Assembly (NCBI GenBank): GCA_963695335.1
Contig: OY968764.1
Location: forward strand, 960,001-1,024,000
Direction of reading: 5' to 3'
Length of the DNA stretch: 64,000 nt
DNA from: an uncultured bacterium
GTDB taxonomy: Bacteria > Babelota > Babeliae > Babelales > Vermiphilaceae
Shown piece by piece: positions 58,198-64,000 of the stretch (its first letter is position 1; each line of letters starts with the position of its first letter). The translations under genes and the position numbers were made by a program. The notes under the pieces were generated by a model. The model was not told the origin of the DNA and ran no database searches. It saw only the letters and a program-made list of their open reading frames with translations.

Positions 58198-61126
58198 ATC
58201 CGTAAATTATTCTGTGACATCGATTACATAAATCATCAGGATCGCTGCTCAAATCCCACTGCCAACAACGAGGACACTTAACCCCTTGCGCGTGTTCAAC
58301 ACGTGCAAACAGACCTTTTAATTCTGTTTCTTCAAGATTTGTTGCATCTGATGTGATTGTGCATTGCGAAACAATTAAACACTCTTTTAAAAAGCTTTCA
58401 GCGCTTTCACCTTTTACATTCATCATTGCAAAGAAATTGTTTATTGTATCAGCAAAGTCAGCTTGAGGATCAATATATAATGTAATCTGAGCTTCTAATG
58501 AATGCTTAATTAACCCTTTTTCGCGTTGAACTTCAATAGCTTTAAGCAACGCCGAGCGCATATCTTTTAATATCTCCCAAGCATCTTCTTGGCTATGCCT
58601 CAATTCAACTTCTCCCATCTTCTGTGTTGCTGCATAATGTTGACCACGATGATGCAATGGTTGCATATCTTGTGCAGATACACGCTGAGCTAACAACTCC
58701 CAAACATTATGTACAAGAGGAAATTTCTGCAGATGAATTGAATCAGTTTTACCTTTTTGATATTCATCGGAAAGTTGTTCCGCCGTGAATGATAAAATAG
58801 GTGCTATCAATTTAGTCAGTGTATCAAGAATATGTGCACACACTGTTTGCGCAGATCGGCGTTCAAAACCATCTTTCTTTTCTACATACAATCTATCTTT
58901 AACAATATCTAAATAAAATGCACTTAAATTAACTGCGCAGTAACTTCCAAGTAGATGCGACACACGTGTAAAATTATAATTCTCATATGCATGCATAACT
59001 TCCTCATAAATCTCAAAAAGTTCTTGCATCGCATACTGATCAATTGATTTCATTTTTTCTACTACAATTGCATCTTTAGCGATATCAAAATCATTAATAT
59101 TGGAAATAAGAAAGCGGCAGGTGTTGCGAATTTTACGAAACACTTCTTGCACGTTTTTAAGTAATATTTCTGAAACAACTGCGTCACCACTGATTATCAA
59201 TGCTCGCTGCCCACAAACGCAAACCATCTGTACCAAGATGCTCGATCATTTCTTCTGGTGAAACAACATTCCCCAAAGATTTGGACATTTTTCGACCTTG
59301 TTGCATCAACAGTAAACCCATGCGTTACAATTGTTTTCATGCAGGGAGTTTCTTCAATGATCATACTTGTCAGCAAAGAACTTTGAAACCATCCACGATG
59401 TTGATCTTTACCTTCAAGATACATATCTGCAGGATATTGCAACGCAGGATTTTGTTTTAAAACTGCATAATGGCTAATGCCTGAATCAAACCATACATCA
59501 AGAATATCTGTCTCTTTGCGTAAATCCACCAGTTGTGCATGCAGGACATGTTGTAGAAACATTGAGTTCATTCACATGTCACCTTATCCCAATATTCAAT
59601 ACCTTGCTGTGCAACTTTTGTAGCAACTTCATCAATAAATTCTTGATTAATATAGGTATAATCACATGTATTACAAATTAATGCGGTAATTGGCACACCC
59701 CATTCACGCTGCCGAGAAAGACACCACTCCAAACGCCCTTCAATGGTTGCTGCAAAACGGTTATGTGATGCTTCTGGAAGCATGGTAATACTTGAGATAG
59801 CTGCAAGTTGCTTTTTCTTTAAGATCATTTTTTTCTAAATCACAAAACCATTGTTTAGTTGCACGGAAAATTAATCCATTATGACAACGCCAACAATGAG
59901 GATATGAATGCTTGATGCTTGCTTTTAAAAGTAACGTATTGCAATCCATCAGTTTTTGAATGACCCAACCTTGTCCATCCGCAACAGACATTCCAACTAA
60001 TTCCGGAATAGTAATATCTTTGGTATATTTCCCATCAGGACTGATTGGTGAATAAATTTCCAAACCATTTTTTACTCCAACTTCATAATCAATAGGTCCA
60101 ACTCCAGGCGCAGCAATGCACGCATGCAGTACCATCATCAGTCAGTACAGAATCATCAACTAAAACCGGTGTATAAAAATCAGGAATAAATGGATGATGC
60201 AACATATGCATTTAACAAGATCAATTCTTCTGAATTAAATTCTGCAACAATATTATCTGAAATAGTAAGCAATTGAGAAATTGCATCAGCACGCTCTTTA
60301 CCAACAACAATATAATTGTTTTCTGTTTCAAGAATTACATATGTTGTCATTTGGTTTAAGTAAAACCGCTCTATTGAGCGGCAAAGTCCATGGCGTTGTT
60401 GTCCATACTAACAAACTGATTGGTTTATTTTGCAATGTTGGAAACAGTTCTTGAGAAACATCAGATTCTAAGTGTAAACAGCACATACAAAGAAGGATCT
60501 TTACGATCTTGATATTCAATTTCAGCAGATGCAAAAACGGTCTGACATGAAGGGCACCAAGGACGGTTTTATTTTTACGTTCGATATATCCGCGCTCTAC
60601 AAATATCCCAAAAGCATTAAGAGTATGCGCTTCATACCCAGCATCCATGGTCAAATATGGATTATCCCAATCCATTAATACACCAAGTTGCTTAAATTCT
60701 TGTCGTTGCACATCAATCCATTTTTGAGCATATTGCGCGCATGCTTTTTTAAGCGCAGCACCAGTAAAGTTCTGGATTTTCTTTGCTACCTTAAATTCAA
60801 TCGGCAACCCATGGCAATCCCAACCTGGAGTTACTGGCACATGTTTGCCCATCATGCGCTGCGATTTGCAGACAATATCTTTTAAAATTTTATTATAGGC
60901 ATGCCCAATATGAATATGCCCATTGGCATAGGGAGGACCATCATGAAGAATAAATTTTTCTGCACCCTTGTGGGCATTAAAAGAACGTGGTATAAAGATT
61001 TTCATGTTCCCAGCGCTTGAGCATAAGCGCATCATCTTCTTTATGATTGGCACGAATAGGAAAATCGGTATGAGGTAAATTTAGGGTATCTTTAAAACTC
61101 TTTTTCTGATTATTTTGTTCAGCCAT
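58196..61126 (-). pseudogene. ileS: Isoleucine--tRNA ligase broken by ~10 frameshifts (pseudogene or, more likely, local sequence error)
   Basis: [15 protein letters not shown] at the start, then [74 protein letters not shown], out-of-frame KMSKS (~59277-59292) and C-terminal CPRCW..LCNRC. These motifs are spread over different frames. Confidence 0.93.
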
Positions 61127-61197
61127 AGATATATTCCTCTAAAAATAGATTCTTATATCTAGTGTATTATCTTTTTTAAAAAAAGCCTAAACCAAAT

Positions 61198-61224
61198 AAA
61201 AAAGGGGCTCTTGCGAACCCCTTT
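61198..61224 (-). terminator. Rho-independent terminator after the 175-aa gene
   Basis: The minus strand reads GGGGTTC-GCAA-GAGCCCC-TTTTTT (GNRA loop). Confidence 0.8.
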
Positions 61225-61251
61225 GCTTTTCATCTATAAAAGGTACATGTG

Positions 61252-61779
61252 TTAGTTTATCGGCGTACCCTTACCATATTTTGCATAGGTAGCTTGTTTA
61301 ATTGCCGCACGTTTTTGTTCAATTGATTGTGTAGCTGTTTTTTCTAATTCAGCTCTATTTCTTGTTGCAATAGCTTTTGCTTCTGCAAAGATAGCTTCAC
61401 GTTCAGCTGGTGTAAGTCCTGGAGTTGTGTTCACAACTTCTTTAGCTTTTTCCATTATTACTGCTTCTTCTTTATCCGCTTCTTTTTTGGTTTCACCAAG
61501 CAATAAACTCTTCGCTTTATCAAATAGCGGACCTGGTATTAAACTTTTTGCTTTCTCAGCCATAGCAGCCGCATCAATACCAGTTAAATCTTTAATAGTA
61601 CCAAATATTTTATCGGAATTGTCCGACACCAATTGAGCACCTTTTTTAAGTAAATCCATACCATTCTCTTTAAGGAATGATATTGCTGTGTCAAAAAGAC
61701 CCGAAAAACCCGCACATTGCGTGGTTGTCGGCATAGCAGCGGCACAGAATAAACTGAGCGCTAATAATAACTTTTTCAT
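61252..61779 (-). CDS. Exported hypothetical helical protein (175 aa)
   Basis: SD aagggg, leader MKKLLLALSLFCAAA, own terminator downstream. Confidence 0.75.
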   Translation of the reverse strand: MKKLLLALSLFCAAAMPTTTQCAGFSGLFDTAISFLKENGMDLLKKGAQLVSDNSDKIFGTIKDLTGIDAAAMAEKAKSLIPGPLFDKAKSLLLGETKKEADKEEAVIMEKAKEVVNTTPGLTPAEREAIFAEAKAIATRNRAELEKTATQSIEQKRAAIKQATYAKYGKGTPIN

Positions 61780-62069
61780 AAAAAACCCCTTTTTTTAGGT
61801 ATTATATACTCTTTCTGATTTTATATTAGTCAATTTTTATATAAAAAATCAATATGTTGCTCAAAAAACGATCAATAGTGCAATCTAAAGCGATTGTTGC
61901 AACAATAAAAACACTTGTAAGGATCTTTTAAAAAGGCTTTTTATAAGACTTTTTTTGCGCTACGCAATCCACAATATATCATATTCTTGTTTTTTGGTAT
62001 TTATTTCTAATATAATTAGAGATGATGAATAAAAACATGACAAAAGTAACGATCTGCAAGGATTATAAG

Positions 62070-63485
62070 ATGAAAAAACTATATATTTTATTCTTTATGA
62101 TGTTTATTTGTAACAATACACCAACTTTTAGCATGAAACGTCTTCCAGAAGAAACTATTGAACAAGGTCATGAAAAAAAGGTTAAAATTCAGCCAACTCT
62201 GATATATCCATTAAGCAATGGGCAATTCATTGAACTTAACAAAGACGCTGTTCTTTTGTGCGATCAGTTGATTAATTTATTAGATTACTCACAGGAAGAT
62301 TACAATCTATTATTCCCAGGAATAGATGTTAATCAGATTCCTTATAAACTTGATTTAACAGATGATGAAGTCATTCTTCTATTTAATATTCTTAATACAA
62401 TAACACAATCTGCTCGTTCTTTTACTGATCAAAAGTCACAAAAATGTTATTACCTTAACCAGGATGTTTTTGAGATAACCTTTAATATATGTAAAGAGAG
62501 GAATGCTCTCACTACTGACATTTTAATAAAAATGATAGGCGCCTGTGATTTTTTAATATGTAACACTCTACTTAATACTTTCACCAAAATATTTGTAGAT
62601 AAATCAAAAGAATTAACAGTAAATCATACGTATAATTTTGCAGATTTTCCCGAAAATAGCGCATCATTTTTTAGAAAACATCTTAAAAGAAAAACGCTTG
62701 GGATTAAACTGAATACATATATTCCTGAATGTAACATCATTGACTATATAATTCTTACTAATGGGCTTTTACCCATAATAAACAACCAAATTATTTTAAA
62801 TGGTCTGCCAATAGCAAAATTAACAAGCCTTGATGGCTTGGAAATGGTAGCACACAATATAAATGCATCATTCATAGTTGCGATACATTTAGGTGATAAT
62901 TATCTTACCTTAACTAGCAATTTTATTAGTTTGCAAAACTTTCCAAATGTGTCAGTACTTAATCTCAGCAATAATCAATTCATCCAACTACCGGAAAATA
63001 TTTTTAATAAACTTGATCAGTTACAGGCATTATATCTCAACCATAATCAATTAATTCAATTATCAAAGAATATCTTTAATAATCTTGTTCAACTAAACGA
63101 GTTAGGATTAGACAACAATTCATTAGTTGAATTACCAGAAAATATTTTTAATAGTCTTACTGCTCTAACAGATTTATATCTCAACAATAATCAATTAACT
63201 CAATTATCAAAGAATATCTTTAATAATCTTCACCAGCTGCAACTATTATATCTTGATCATAATAAATTGATAACACTACCAGAGAATATTTTTAATAACC
63301 TTCACCTGTTGCAATTATTACATCTTGATCACAACAAACTAACCACACTACCGGAGAATATCTTTAACAATCTTGCTCAACTGCAAGAATTATCTCTTGA
63401 TAATAATCCATTCGTTTCTTTGCCAGAAAAAATAGTACAGTTGTTATATTGGTTGAACCCAGAATTGAATCCAGAAGAAGATTAG
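62070..63485 (+). CDS. Exported leucine-rich-repeat protein with a Skp1/BTB-like N-terminal region
   Basis: Start at ATG 62070 (SD aagga, leader MKKLYILFFMMF). About seven 24-aa LPENIFNNLxxLQxLxLxxNxL repeats. LSNGQFIEL and ILIKMIGACDFLICNTLL resemble Skp1/POZ motifs. Confidence 0.85.
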   Translation: MKKLYILFFMMFICNNTPTFSMKRLPEETIEQGHEKKVKIQPTLIYPLSNGQFIELNKDAVLLCDQLINLLDYSQEDYNLLFPGIDVNQIPYKLDLTDDEVILLFNILNTITQSARSFTDQKSQKCYYLNQDVFEITFNICKERNALTTDILIKMIGACDFLICNTLLNTFTKIFVDKSKELTVNHTYNFADFPENSASFFRKHLKRKTLGIKLNTYIPECNIIDYIILTNGLLPIINNQIILNGLPIAKLTSLDGLEMVAHNINASFIVAIHLGDNYLTLTSNFISLQNFPNVSVLNLSNNQFIQLPENIFNKLDQLQALYLNHNQLIQLSKNIFNNLVQLNELGLDNNSLVELPENIFNSLTALTDLYLNNNQLTQLSKNIFNNLHQLQLLYLDHNKLITLPENIFNNLHLLQLLHLDHNKLTTLPENIFNNLAQLQELSLDNNPFVSLPEKIVQLLYWLNPELNPEED

Positions 63486-63750
63486 CGAATAGTTTCTTAA
63501 TGATTCTTAAGACAGAATTAGTTTTAAAAAATTTTAATAAATGAGTCATATTTAGATTTTGTTATATTTTTTATTTAACGTAAAATTAAATGTGTTATGC
63601 GACGAATTAGTTTAAAAATTAAAAAAATTAAAATAATATTTTTATATAAAATTGAGTAATATTTGCAATACTATTGACTATTTGGATTCAAAATTGATAA
63701 GCTTAGCTATGATAGAGTATATTATTATCGAAAAAATAAGGGGCGTGTTT

Positions 63751-64000
63751 ATGAAAAACACAAAAATATCATTAATCAATGGTTTGATGCTGACCATAAC
63801 GCTATTTACAACAATACAAATATCCACAATGGCACCAGAAATAAATCCTTATCTTAACGATTATCAACGAGGTCTTCTTGAAAGCTATATGAAAGAGGAT
63901 AGAAAATTCATTGAAAACGAACTGAAATTAGAAAGAGAGAAGGAAGGATACAAACCATTTTGGATACCGAAAATGAAAAAACATCTAAAAGATGTTGAAT
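63751..64000 (+). CDS. Exported hypothetical protein, 5' part (runs off the window)
   Basis: SD aagggg. MKNTKISLINGLMLTITLFTTIQIST|MAPEINPY... stays open to the end of the window. Confidence 0.65.
   Translation, partial: MKNTKISLINGLMLTITLFTTIQISTMAPEINPYLNDYQRGLLESYMKEDRKFIENELKLEREKEGYKPFWIPKMKKHLKDVE

Noticed and set aside
58196..61126. Programmed ribosomal frameshifting or a split multi-gene IleRS
   Set aside because: There are too many breaks, at arbitrary positions without a common slippery motif, and the fragments lack their own SD/start signals.

Overview
AT-rich bacterial chromosomal window. The lineage is probably Ca. Dependentiae/Babelota (TM6) or a similar protist-associated intracellular group; this is inferred from the secreted Skp1/BTB-LRR and F-box-like proteins and the signal-peptide style, not from a marker gene. 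The first ~47 kb hold a cluster of seven paralogous fibre-like genes of 786-5365 aa, five on + and two on -. Each starts with a hydrophobic signal-peptide-like N-terminus and ends in a peptidase S74-type intramolecular chaperone domain plus coiled coil. They are assembled from a shared module kit: an unnamed N-terminal helical domain, Cys-rich CxxxxC repeats, collagen-like G-X-T tracts, ~670-aa DUF1565/beta-helix modules, phage-fibre-like stalk repeats and 17-aa NTAVG beta-roll repeats. Near-identical DNA blocks are shared between the genes, and no phage capsid, terminase, baseplate or integrase genes lie nearby. The remaining ~17 kb contain ruvC, two tandem Deg/HtrA proteases, dnaB, rplI, three very small pilin-like genes, argR, a heavily frameshifted ileS, several secreted hypothetical or eukaryote-like proteins, and a REP-like palindrome family with clear compensatory base changes.
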